Part shown: positions 40,220 to 53,300 of the stretch, one piece after another
Layout: each line of letters opens with the position of its first letter
How positions within the stretch are numbered: the stretch's first letter is position 1
Source: Phoronis australis
Lineage: Eukaryota; Animalia; Phoronida
Assembly: GCA_002633005.1 (NCBI GenBank)
Contig: NMRA01000860.1
Location: forward strand, 52,287 to 116,286
Reading direction: 5' to 3'
DNA: 64,000 bases
The notes under the pieces: generated by a model
What the model was told of the DNA's origin: nothing
What the model saw: only the letters and a program-made list of their open reading frames with translations
Databases searched by the model: none
Translations under genes and position numbers: made by a program

Positions 40220-41307
40220 GTATAGGTATTGTGCACCACGTTCACCAAAAATGTGTTTCAATGAAATAGCTACCGTCCTTTTATCACGTTTGACAACGTT
40301 CTTCCCTCATTAACGCAATTCAATTCCTACGAACTCAGTAGTTGCTTTTCTTTCATGTACCTCAGCAACAGTACTCGTCCAATCGTATGGCAAACGTTTT
40401 ATTGACTTACGGCAATAGTACCACAAAAAACATGTGTTACTCTCATAGAATCTGATATAAGTGTTATTATTGGTAACGTTTTATAGCAAAAGTTCAATAG
40501 CTTAAGATGTTTAGCGCTTGGCATGGGCTCGTGACTGTACAGGTTGTATTAAATTAGCAAATAAACTCGCCCCTGTAACTGACCCTGAATTACAGTAGTC
40601 CGGGAGAGAAAGCCTTCGTAAGAAACGAAGTGTGAGATGTGCGGTTTGTGAGAAAAGAAGTAGAACGCGTAAGCAAGGAAATGTGTTAAAACTATGTAGG
40701 ACCCCAGGACAGATATCCAAATTCGGCTAACGCAATTCGTAACATAACGTTCGAGGATTGATATTAAATTTTCAGATACTATGCAAAGTCCTCCAACGTA
40801 CCTGTAACAGGACCTTACGGCAACTTTTCTCCGTTGCTATCTCTATCGTATTTCTGGATCAGTGTATTCCGGTTCGAACTGATAGCCTGTAAAACCTAAC
40901 GATCCTTCCCGTGAAGTCTTCGTCGTCTGAGCTCTTGACTAAGTCGGAATTGGCGCGGGGCGAGTTGCCGTTTATTAGTAGACGTTTATTATACTACGTT
41001 CTGTTTCAAAATGATTTATTCTCGACATAATCAATGCTGATGTGAAACTGAAACAAAGTCTGCCTTATTAGATGCAATTTGTAATGCCTTGGAGTGCTCG
41101 TTAGTGCAAATGTTTGAAGCCAGCAATGAATAAACCACTGCGTTACCGGCTTTTGATGCCGGCGACAAAGGTAATTGACCGGGTACCGAGGCGGTGTGAG
41201 CGCATGCTAATTCCATGTTTGCTGACAGAAAGCTGTTGTGAAACAATTACTCGATTTTATATAGGGGAATTTTAATTTAGCAATACAAATACATTAATCA
41301 AATCATC

Positions 41308-44300
41308 ACTCTGCGCGTGTAAGCGCAAAGTACGGTTCTTCCTGGGTTTTCTTCTATTTTATTACTCTGCGCCTGTAAGCGCAGAGTACTGTTGTTCCTG
41401 GGTTTTCTTCAATTTTATTCTTATTCTTCTTATTCATATTCTTATTACTCTGCGCGTGTAAGCGCAGAGTACTGTTGTTCCTGCGTTTTCTTCAATTTTA
41501 TTCTTATTACTCTGCGCGTGTAAGCGCAGAGTACTGTTGTTCCTGGGTTTTCTTCAATTTTATTCTTCTTATTCTTATTACTCTGCGCGTGTAAGCGGAG
41601 AGTACTGTTGTTCCTGGGTTTTCTTCAATTTTATTCTTCTTATTCTTATTCTTCTTATTCTTATTCTTATTCTTCTTCCGACCAACTTTGAGGCTTAATA
41701 ACTCCAAATTGGGTTCAGGTACGGTCTTTAAATTTAGCATATGACTTTTGACAGTATATAAATTTTGATTGGTTATATAATCATATTCCATGTTGCACCG
41801 GAAGAGGTCGTTTGGTGGAAAGGTCATATAATTTTCAAAATGCTACTCCTCCTTCAGTTTTAAAGCTATTTTTTTCAAATTCGGTGCACAGGTATAAGTC
41901 AACATGACAATTTAAAAAATTACTTTTCTAAGTAATCGGGTCATCCAATCAGGTGAAATAGGTCAAAGGTCATTAGGTGCAAACTAAAATTTTGAGCTAG
42001 ACACTTCAAATTGACAGGTCTGATTGTCACAGGAAAATCAAATCGGAATCCCAAGTTTCAGGTCACTTAGTGCAAACATGGGGTCATTAGGTGCATTTTT
42101 CTTCTGAAAATTTGACCTTTTCAATCAGCAAGTATTGTAATGTGTCAACCGTTAGACAACTGTGATTCTCAGCATTAAACACATTTTCCATGGGCTTTGC
42201 AATAATTCTCCTAAAGATGCATAAATGCACCGGATAAGGTCAATTAGTGCAAAGGTCATGTAACGTTCAAAATGTTATATCTCTTACGCTTTTCAAGGAA
42301 TTCTTTTCAATTTCAGCACACTGGTGTAAGTCAACATGACAATTTAAAAAATTACTTTTCTAAGTAATCGCGTCATCCAATCAAGTGAAATAAGCCAAAG
42401 GTCATTAGGTGCAAACTAAAATTTTAAGCGAGACACTTCAAATTGGCAGGTCTGATTGCCACTGGTAAATCAAATCGGAGTGCAAAGTTTCAGGTCATTT
42501 AGTGCAAACATGAGGTCATTAGGTGCATTTTTCTTCTGAAAATTTGACCCTTTCAATCAGCAAGTATTCTGATGTGTCAACCGTTAGACAACTGTGATTC
42601 TCAGCGTTAAACACATTTTCCATGAGCTTTGCGATAATTCACCTAAAGATTCTTAAAATGCACCAGGTAAGGTCAATTAGTGCAAAGGTCATGTAACTTT
42701 CAATATGTTATATGTCTTACGTTTTTCAAGGAATTCTTTTCAATTTCAGCACACTGGTGTAAGTCAACATGCCAAGTGAATACCCCACTTTACTTTGCAA
42801 CAGGCCTAACCAATCAGAAAAAATAGGTCAAAGGTCATTGGGTGCAAACTAAAATTTTGAGTTAGAGACTTCAGAATTACTTATCTATTTACTAAGTGCG
42901 ATTGAGTTTGAATTCTAAATTTTCAGGTCATTTGGTGCACCCATGGGGTCATTAGGTGCATTTTTCTTCTGGAAATTTGACCACTTCATTCATCTTGTAT
43001 TCTGAAGTGCTTAAAGTAAAACATCTGGGATTATTAGAATTAACCACACTTTTAATCGAGTTAGCAATTACTCCCTCATCGGGGCTCATAATGCACCGGA
43101 ATAGGTCAATTAGTGGAAAGGTCATCAAAAAATTAATATGTAATTTCTCCTACAATTTTAAAGAATTCCTTTTCATATTGGTAAACGGGATGCTGTCAGT
43201 AACTTCCCATAATATTTCCAGTAATACACACGCACAGAGTCCGTTATTGACACGCCGTGACAATAATCTTTCTAGTTCTTATTCTTATTCTTCTTCCGAC
43301 CAACTTTGAGGCTTAATAACTCCAAATTGGGTGCAGGTACGGTCTTTAAATTCAGCATATGACTTTTGACAGTATATAAATTTTGATTGGTTACATAATC
43401 ATATTCCATATTGCACCGGAAGAGGTCGTTTGGTGCAAAGGTCATGCAATTTTCAAAATGCTACTCCTCCTTCAGTTTTTAAGCTATCTTTTTCAAATTC
43501 GGTGCACAGCTATAAGTCAACATGACAATTTAAAAAATTACTTTTCTAAGTAATCGGGTCATCCAATCAGGTGAAATAGGTCAAAGGTCATTAGGTACAA
43601 ACTAAAATTTTGAGCTAGACACTTCAAATTGACAGGTCTGATTGCCACAGGTAAATCAAATCAGAATCTAAATTTTCAGGTCATTTAGTGCAAAAATGAG
43701 GTCATTAGGTGCATTTTTCTTCTGAAAATTTGACCTTTTCAATCAGCGAGTATTCTGATGTGTCAACCGTTAGACAACTGTGATTCTCAGCGTTAACCAC
43801 ATTTTCCATAGGCTTTGCAATAATTCACCTAAAGATGCTTAAAATGCACCGGGTAAGGTCAATTAGTGCAAAGGTCATGTAACGTTCAAAATGTTATGTC
43901 TCTTACGTTTTTCAAGGAATTCTTTTCAATTTCAGCACACTGGTCTAAGTCAACATGCCAATTGAATACCCTACTTTACTTTACAATAGGCCTAACCAAT
44001 CAGAAAATATAGGTCAAAAGCCATTGAGTGAAAACTAAAATATTGAGCTAGAGACTTCAGAATTGCGTATCTGTTTACTAAGTGCGATTGAGTTTGATTT
44101 CTAACTTTTCAGGTCATTTGGTGCACCCATGGGGTCATTAGGTGCATTTTTCTTATGAAAGTTTGACCACTTCATACATCTTGTATTCAAGAGTACTTAA
44201 CGTAAAACATCTGTGATTATTAGCATTAACCACACTTTTTATCGAGTTAACAATTACTTCCTCATCGGGGGTCATAATGCACCGGAAGAGGTCAATTAGT

Positions 44301-47300
44301 GGAAAGGTCATCAAAAAATTAATATGTAATTTCTTCTACAATTTTAAAGAATTCCTTTTCATATTGGTAAACGGGTTGCTGTCAGTAACTTCCCATAATA
44401 ATTCCAGTACTACGCACGCGCAGAGTCCGTTATTGTCACGCCGTGACAATAATCTTTCTAGTTCTTCTTATTCTTATTCTTATTCTTCTTCCGACCAACT
44501 TTGAGGCTTAATAACTCCACATTGGGTGCAGGTACGGTCTTTAAATTCAGCATATGAATTTTGACAGTATTTAAATTTTGATTGGTTATATAATCATATT
44601 TCATATTGCACCGGAAGAGGTCGTTTGGTGCAAAGGTCATATAATTTTCAAAATGCTACCCCTCCTTCAGTTTTAAAGCTATCGTTTTCAAATTCGGTAC
44701 ACAGGTATAAGTCAACATGACAATTTAAAAAATTACTTTTCTAAGTAATCGGGTCATCCAATCAGGTGAAATAGGTCAAAGGTCATTAGGTGCAAACTAA
44801 AATTTTGAGCTAGACACTTCAAATTAACAGGTCTGATTGGCACATGTAAATCAAATCGGAATCCAAAGTTTCAGGTCATTTAGTGCAAACATGGGGTCAT
44901 TAGGTGCATTTTTCTTCTGAAAATTTGACCTTTTCAATCAGCAAGTATTCAGATGTGTCAACCGTCAGACAACTGTGATTCTCAGCATAAAACACATTTT
45001 TCATGGGCTTTGCATTAATTCTCCTAAAGACGCTTATAATGAACCGGATAGGGTCAATTAATGCAAAGGTCATGTAACGTTCAAAATGTTATATCTCTTA
45101 CGTTTTTCAAGGAATTCTTTTAAATTTCAGCACACTTGGGTAAGTCAACATGCCAATTGAATACCCTACTTTACTTCGCAATAGGCCTAACCAATCAGAA
45201 AAAATAGGTCACAGGTCATTCAGTGCAAACTAAATTTTTGAGCTAGAGACTTCAGAATTACGTATCTGTTTACTAAGTGCGATTGAGTTTGAATTCTAAA
45301 TTTTCATGTCAATTGGTGCACCCATGGGGTCATTAGGTGCATTTTTCTTCTGAAAGTTTGACCAATTCATTCATCTTGTATTCAGAAGTGCTTAAAGTAA
45401 AACATCTTTGATTATTAACATTAACCACACTTTTAATCGAGTTAACAATTACTCCCTTATTGGGGCTCATAATGCATTGGAAAAGGTCATTTAGTGGAAA
45501 GGTCATCAAAAATTTAATATGTAATTTCTGATACAATTTTAAAGAATTCCTTTTCATATTGGTAAACGGGTTGCTGTCAGTAACTTCCCATAACAATTCC
45601 AGTAATACGCACGCGCAGAGTCCGTTATTGTCACGCCGTGACAATAATCTTTCTAGTTACTCTGCGCGTGTAAGCGCAGAGTACTGTTGTTCCTGGGTTT
45701 TCTTCAATTTTATTCTTATTCTTCTTATTCTTATTCTTATTCTTCTTATTCTTCTTCCGACCAACTTTGAGGCTTAATAACTGCAAATTGGGTGCAGGTA
45801 CGGTCTTTAAATTCAGCATATGACTTTTGACAGTATATAAATTTTGATTGGTTATATAATCATACTCCATATTGCACCGGAAGGGGTCATTTGGTCCAAA
45901 GGTCATATAATTTTCAAAATGCTACTCCTTCAGTTTTAAAGCTATCTTTTTCAAATTCGGTGCACAGGTCAAGGTCAACATGACAATTTAAAAATTACTG
46001 TAATCGGGTCATCCAATCAGGTGAAACAGGTCAAAGGCCATTAGGTGCAAACTAAAATTTTGAGCTAGACACTTCAAATTAACAGTTCTGATTGCCACAG
46101 TTAAATCAAATCGGAATCCAAAGTTTCAGGTCATTTAGTGCAAACATGGGGTCATTAGGTGCATTTTTCTTCTGAAAATTTGACCTTTTCCATCAGCAAG
46201 TATTCTGATGTGTCAACCGTTAGACAACTGTGATTCTCAAAGTTAAACATATTTTCCATGGGCTTTGCAATAATTCTCCTTGAAACGCTTATAATGCACC
46301 GGATGAGGTCAATTAGTGCAAAGGTCATGTAACGTTCAAAATGTTGTATCTCTTATGTTTTTCAAGGAATTCTTTTCAATTTCAGCACACTGGTGTAAGT
46401 CAACATGCCAATTGAATACCCTACTTTACTGCGCAATACGCCTAACCAATCAGAAAAAAATAGGTCAAAGGTCATTGAGTCCAAACTAAAATTTTGAGCT
46501 AAAGACTTCAGAATTACCTATCTGTTTACTAAGTGCGATTGATTTTTAATTCTAAATTTTCAGGTAATTTGGTGCACCCATGGGGTCATTAGGTGCAATT
46601 TTCGTCTGAAAGTTTGACCACTTCTTTCATCTTGTATTCTGAAGTGTTTAAAGTAAAACATCTGTGATTATTAGCATTAATCACACTTTTAATCGAGTTA
46701 ACAATTACTCCCTCATCGGGGCTCATTATGCACCGGAAGAGGTCAATTAGTGGAAAGGTCATCAAAAAATTAATATGTAATTTCTCCTACAACTTTAAAG
46801 AATTCCTTTTCACATTGGTAAACCGCTTGCTGTCAGTAACTTCCCGTAATAATTCCAGTAATACGCACGCGCAGAGTCCGTTATTGTCACGCCGTGACAA
46901 TAATCTTTCTAGTTACTCTGCGCGTGTAAGCGCAGAGTACTGTTGTTCCTGGGTTTTCTTCAATTTTATTCTTCTTATTCTTCTTATTCTTATTCTTATT
47001 CTTCTTCCGACCAAGTTTGAGGCTTAATAACTCCAAATTGGGTGCAGGTACGGTCTTTAAATTCAGCATATGACTTCTGATTGTATATAAATTTTGATTG
47101 GTTATGCAATCATATTCCATATTGCACCGGAAGAGGTCGTTTGGTGCAAAGGCCATACAATTTTCAAAATGCTACTCCTCCTTCAGTTTTAAAGCTATCT
47201 TTTTCAGTTTCGGTTCACAGGTAAAGGTCAACATGACAATTTAAAAAATTACTTTTCTAAGTAATCGGGTCATCCAATCAGGTGAAATAGGTCAAATGTC

Positions 47301-50300
47301 ATTAGGTGCAAACTGAAATTTTGAGCTAGACACTTCAAATTGACAGGTCTGATTTTCCAAAAGTAAATCAAATCGGAGTTCAAAGTTTCAGGTCATTTAG
47401 TGCAAACATGGGGTCATTAGGTGCATTTTTCTTCTGAAAATTTGACCTTTTCAATCAGCAAGTACTCTGATGTGTCAACCGTTAGACAACTGTGATTCTC
47501 AGCATTAAACACATTTTTGATGGGCTTTGCAATAATTCTCCTCAAGACGCTTATAATGCACCGGATAGGGTCAATTAGTGCAAAGGTCATATAACGTTCA
47601 AAATGTTATATCTCTTAGGTTTTTCAAGGAATTCTTTTCAATTTCAGCACACTGGTGTAAGTCAACATGACAATTTAAAAAATTACTTTTCTAAGTAATC
47701 GGGTTATCCAATCAGGTGAAACAGGTCAAAGGTCATCAGGTGCAAACTAAAATTTTAAGCGAGACACTTCAAATTGGCAGGTCTGATTGCCACAGATAAA
47801 CCAAATCGGAATCCAAAGTTTCAGGTCATTTAGTTCAAACATGGGGTCATTAGGTGCATTTTTCTTCTGAAAATTTGACCTTTTCAATCAGCAAGTATTC
47901 TGATGTGTCAACCGTTAAACAACTGTGATTTCTCAGCATTAAACACATTTTTGATGGGCTTTGCAATAATTCTCCTAAAGACGCTTATAATGCACCGGAT
48001 AGGGTCAATTAGTGCAAAGGTCATATAACGTTCAAAATGTTATATCTCTTACGTTTTTCAAGGAATTCTTTTCAATTTCAGCACACTGGTGTAAGTCAAC
48101 ATGCCAATTGATTACCCTACTTTACTTCGCAATAGGCCTAACCAATCAGAAAAAATAGGTCAAAGGTCATTGAGTGCAAATTAAAATTTTGAGCTAGAGA
48201 ATTCAGAATTACGTATCTGTTTACTAAGTGCGATTGAGTTTCAATTCTAAATTTTCAGGTCATTTGGTGCACCCATGGGGTCATTAGGTGAATTTTTCGT
48301 CTCAAAGTTTGACCAATTTATTCATCTTGTATTCTGAAGTGCTTAAAGTAAAACATTTGTGATTTTTAGCATTAACCACACTTTTAATCGAGTTTACAAT
48401 TATTCTCTTATCGGGGCTCGTAATGCACCGGAAGAGGTCAATTAGTGAAAAGGTCATCAAAATATTAAAATGTAATTTCTCCTACAATTTTAAAGAATTA
48501 ATTTTCATATTGGTAAACGGGTTGCTGTCAGTAACTTCCCATAACAATTCCTTTAATACGCACGCGCAGAGTCCATTATTGTCACGCCGTGACAATAATC
48601 TTTCTAGTTCTTATTCTTCTTATTCTTATTCTTCTTCCGACCAAATTTGAGGCTTAATAACTCCAAAATGGGTGCAGGTATGGTCTTTAAATTCAGCATA
48701 TGACTTTTGACAGTATATAAATTTTGAGTGGTTATATAATCATATTCCATATTGCACCGAAAGAGGTCGTTTGATGCAAAGGTCATATAATTTTAAAAAT
48801 GCTACTCCTCCTTCAGTTTTTAAGCTATCTTATTCAAATTCAGTGCACAGGTATAAGTCAACATGACAATTAAAAAATTACTTTTCTAAGTAATCGGGTC
48901 ATCCAATCAGGTGAAATAGGTCAAAGTTCATTAGGTGCAAACTAAAATTTTGAGCTAGACACTTCAAATTGACAGGTCTGATTACCACAGGTAAATCAAA
49001 TCGGAATCCCAAGTTTTAGGTCATTTAGTGCAAGCCTGGGGTCATTAGGTGCATTTTTCTTCTGAAAATTTTACCTTTTCAATCAGCAAGTGTTGTGATG
49101 TGTCAACCGTTAGACAACTGTGATTCTCAGCGTTAAACACATTTTCCATGGGCTTTGCAATAATTCTCCTCAAGATGCTTAAAATGCACCGGATAAGGTC
49201 AATTAGTGCAAAGGTCATGTAAAGTTCAAAATGTTATATCTCTTACGTTTTTCAAGGAATTCTTTTCAATTTCAGCACACTGGTGTAAGTCAACATGCCA
49301 AGTGAATACCTTACTTTACTTCGCAATAAGCCTAACCAATCAAAAAATAGGTCAAAGGTCATTGAGTGCAAACTCAAATTTTGAGCTAGAGACTTCAGAA
49401 TTAGGTATCTGTTTACTACGTGCGATTGAGTTCACATTCTAAATTTCCAGGTCATTTAGTGCACCCATGGGGTCATTAGGTGCATTTTTCTTCTGAAAGT
49501 TTGACCACTTCATTTATCTTGTATTCTGAAGTGCTTAAAGTAAAACATCTGTGATTATTAGCATTAACCACACTTTTAATCGAGTTAACAATTACTCCCT
49601 CATCGGGCTCATAATGCACCGGAAGAGGTCAATAAGTGGAAAGGTCATCAAAAAATTAATATGTAATTTCTCCTACAATTTTAAAGAATTCCTTTTCATA
49701 TTGGTAAACGGGTTGCTGTCAGTAACTTCCCATAATAATTCCAGTAATACGCACGCGCAGAGTCTGTTATTGTCACGCCGTGACAATAATCTTTCTAGTT
49801 CTTATTCTTATTCTTCTTATTCTTCTTCCGACCAACTTTGAGACTTAATAACTCTAAATTGGGAGCAGGTACGGTCTTTAAATTCAGCATATGACTTTTG
49901 GCAGTATATAAATTTTGATTGGTTATATAGTCATTTTCCATATTGCACCGGAAGAGGTCGTTTGGTGCAAAGGTCATATCATTTTAAAAATGCTACTCCT
50001 CCTTCAGTTTTAAAGCTATCTTTTTCAAGTTCGGTACACCTTTATAAGTCTACATGGCAATTTAAAAAATACTTTTCTAAGCAAATGGGTTATCCAATCA
50101 GGTTAAACAGGTCAAAGGTCATTAGGTGAAAACTAAAATTTTGAGCTAGACACTTCAAATTCACAGTTCTGATTGGCACAGACAATTCAATTTGGAATCC
50201 AAAGTTTCAGGTCATTTAGTGTAAACATGGGGTCATTAGGTGCATTTTTCTTCTGAAAATTTGACCTTTTCATTTTCCAAGTGCACTGATGTGTCAACCG

Positions 50301-53300
50301 TTAGACAACTGTGATTCTCAGCATTAAACACATTTTTCATGGGCTTTGCAATAATTCTCCTAAAGACGCTTATAATGCACCGGATAGGGTCAATTAGTGC
50401 AAAGGTCAGTTAACGTTCAAAATGTTAAATCTCTTACGTTTTTCAAGGAATTCTTTTCAATTTCAGCACACTAGTGTATGTCAACATGCCAATTGAACAA
50501 CCTACTTAACTACGCTATAGGCCTAACCAATCAGAAAAAATAGGTCAAAGGTCATTGTGTGCAAAATTAAAATTTTGAGCTAGAGACTTCAAAATTACAT
50601 ATCTGTTTACTAAACGCGATTGAGTTTGAATTCTAAATGTTTGGGTCATTTGGTGCATCCATGGGGTCATTAGGTGCATTTTTCTTCTGAAAGTTTGACC
50701 AATTCATTCATGTTGTATTCTTAAGTGCTTAAAGCAAAACACCTGTGATTCTTAGCATTAGCTATACTTTAAATTGGTTGTACAATTATTCCCTCACTGG
50801 GGTTCATAATGCACCGGAAGATGTCAGTTAGTGGAAAGGTCATCAAAACATTAACATGAAATTACTCCTACAATTTTAAAAAAATTCTTTTCATATTGGT
50901 AAACGGGGTTGCTGTCAGTAACTTCCCATTACAATTCCTTTAATACGCACGCGCAGAGTCCATTATTGTCACGCCGTGACAATAATCTTTCTTGTTACTC
51001 TGCGCGTGTAAGCGCAGAGTACTGTTGTTCCTGGGTTTTCTTCAATTTTATTCTTATTCTTATTCTTCTTATTCTTATTCTTCTTATTCTTCTTCCGACC
51101 AACTTTGAGGCTTAATAACTCCAAATTGGGTGCAGGTACGGTCTTTAAATTCAGCATATGACTTTTGAAGGTATATATATTTTGATTGGTTATATAATCA
51201 TATTCCATATTGCACCGGAAGAGGTCGTTTGGTGCAAATGTCATATAATTTTCAAAATGCTACTCCTCCTTCAGTTTTAAAGCTATCTTTTTCAAATTCG
51301 GTGCACAGGTCAACATGACAATTTAAAAAAATACTTTTCTAAGTAATCGGGTCATCCAATCACGTGAAATAGATCAAAGGTCATTAGGTGCAAACTAAAA
51401 TTTTGAGCTAGACACTTCAAATTGACAGGTCTGATTGCCACAGGTAAGTCAAATCGGAATCCAAAATTTCAGGTCATTTAGTGCAAACATGGGGTCATTA
51501 GGTGCATTTTTCTTGTGAAAATTTGACCTTTTCAATCAACAAGTATTCTGATGTGTCAACCGTTAGACAACTGTGATTCTCAGTGTTAAACACATTTTCC
51601 ATGGGCTTTGCAATAATCCTCCTATTGATGCTTAAAATGCACCGGAAAAGGTCAATTAGTGCAAAGGTCATGTAACGTTCAAAATGTTATATGTCTTACA
51701 TTTTTCAAGGAATTCTTTTCAATTTCAGCACACTGGTGTAAGTCAACACGCCAATTGAATACCCCACTTTACTTTGCAATAGGCCTAACCAATCAGAAAA
51801 AAATAGGTCAAAGGTCATTGAGTGCAAACTAAAATTTCGAGCTAGGGACTTCAGAATTACGTATCTGTTTACTAAGTGCGATTGAGTTTGAGTTCTAAAT
51901 TTTCAGGTCATTTGGTGCACCCATGGGGTCATTAGGTGCATTTTTGTTCTGAAAGTTTGACCACTTCATTCATCTTGTATTCTGAAGTGCTTAAAGTAAA
52001 ACATATGTGATTATTAGAATTAACCACACTTTTGATCGAGTTAAAGATTACTCCCTCATCGGGGCTCATAATGCACCGGAAGAGGTCAATTAGTGGAAAG
52101 GTCACCAAAAAATTAATATGTAATTTCCACAATTTTAAAGAATTCCTTTTCATATTGGTAAACGGGTTGCTGTCAGTAACTTCCCATAATAATTCCAATA
52201 ATACGCACGCGCAGAGTCCGTTATTGTCACGCCGTGACAATAATCTTTCTAGTTCTTATTCTTATTCTTCTTATTCTTCTTCCGACCAACTTTGAGGCTT
52301 AATAACTCCAAATTGGGTGCAGGTACGGTCTTTAAATTCAGCAAATGAATTTTGACGGTATATTAATTTTAAATGGTTATATAATCATATTCCATATTGC
52401 ACCGGAAGAGGTCGTTTGGTGCAAATGTCATATAATTTTCAAAATGCTACTCCTTCAGTTTTAAAGCTATCTTTTTCAAATTCGGTGCAGAGGTATAAGT
52501 CAACATGACAATTTAAAAAATTACTTTTCTAAGTAATCGGGTCATTCAATCAGGTGAAATAGGTCAAAGGTCATTAGGTGCAAACTAAAATTTTGAGCTA
52601 GACACTTCAAATTGACAGGTCTGATTGCCACAGGTAAATCAAATCAGAATCAAAAGTTTCAGGTCATTTAGCGGAAACATGGGGTCATTAGGTGCATTTA
52701 ACTTCTGAAAATTTGACCTTTTCAATCAGCAAGTTTTCTGATGTGTTAACCGTTAGACAACTGTGATTCTCAGAGCTAAACACATTTTCCGTGGGCTTTG
52801 CAATAATTCTCCTAAAGATTCTTAAAATGCACCGGATAAGGTCAATTAGTGCAAAGGTCATGTAATGTTCAAAATGTTATATCTCTTACGTTTTTCAAGG
52901 AATTCTTTTCAATTTCAGAACCCGGGTATAATTCAACATGACAATTTAAAAAATTACTTTTCTAAGCAATTGGGTCATCGAATCAGGTTAAACAGGTCAA
53001 AGGTCATTAGGTGTAAACTAAAATTTTGAGCTAGACACTTCAAATTCACAGTTCTGATTGGCGCAGACAATTCAATTTGGAATCCAAAGTTTCAGGTCAT
53101 TTAGTGCAAACATGGGGTCATTAGGTGCATTTTTCTTCTGAAAATTTGACCTTTTCTTTCTCCAAGTACACTGATGTGTCAACCGTTAGACAGCATTAGA
53201 CACATTTTTCATGGGCTTTGCAATAATTCTCCTAAAGACGCTTATAATGCACCGGATAGGGTCAATTAGTGGAAAGGTCAGTTAACGTTCAAAATGTTAA

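Noticed and set aside
41308-41680. CRISPR-like look of repeated palindromic heads with variable spacing
   Set aside because: Eukaryotic intron, the spacers are just microsatellite, there are no cas genes, and the heads match the element's subTIR.
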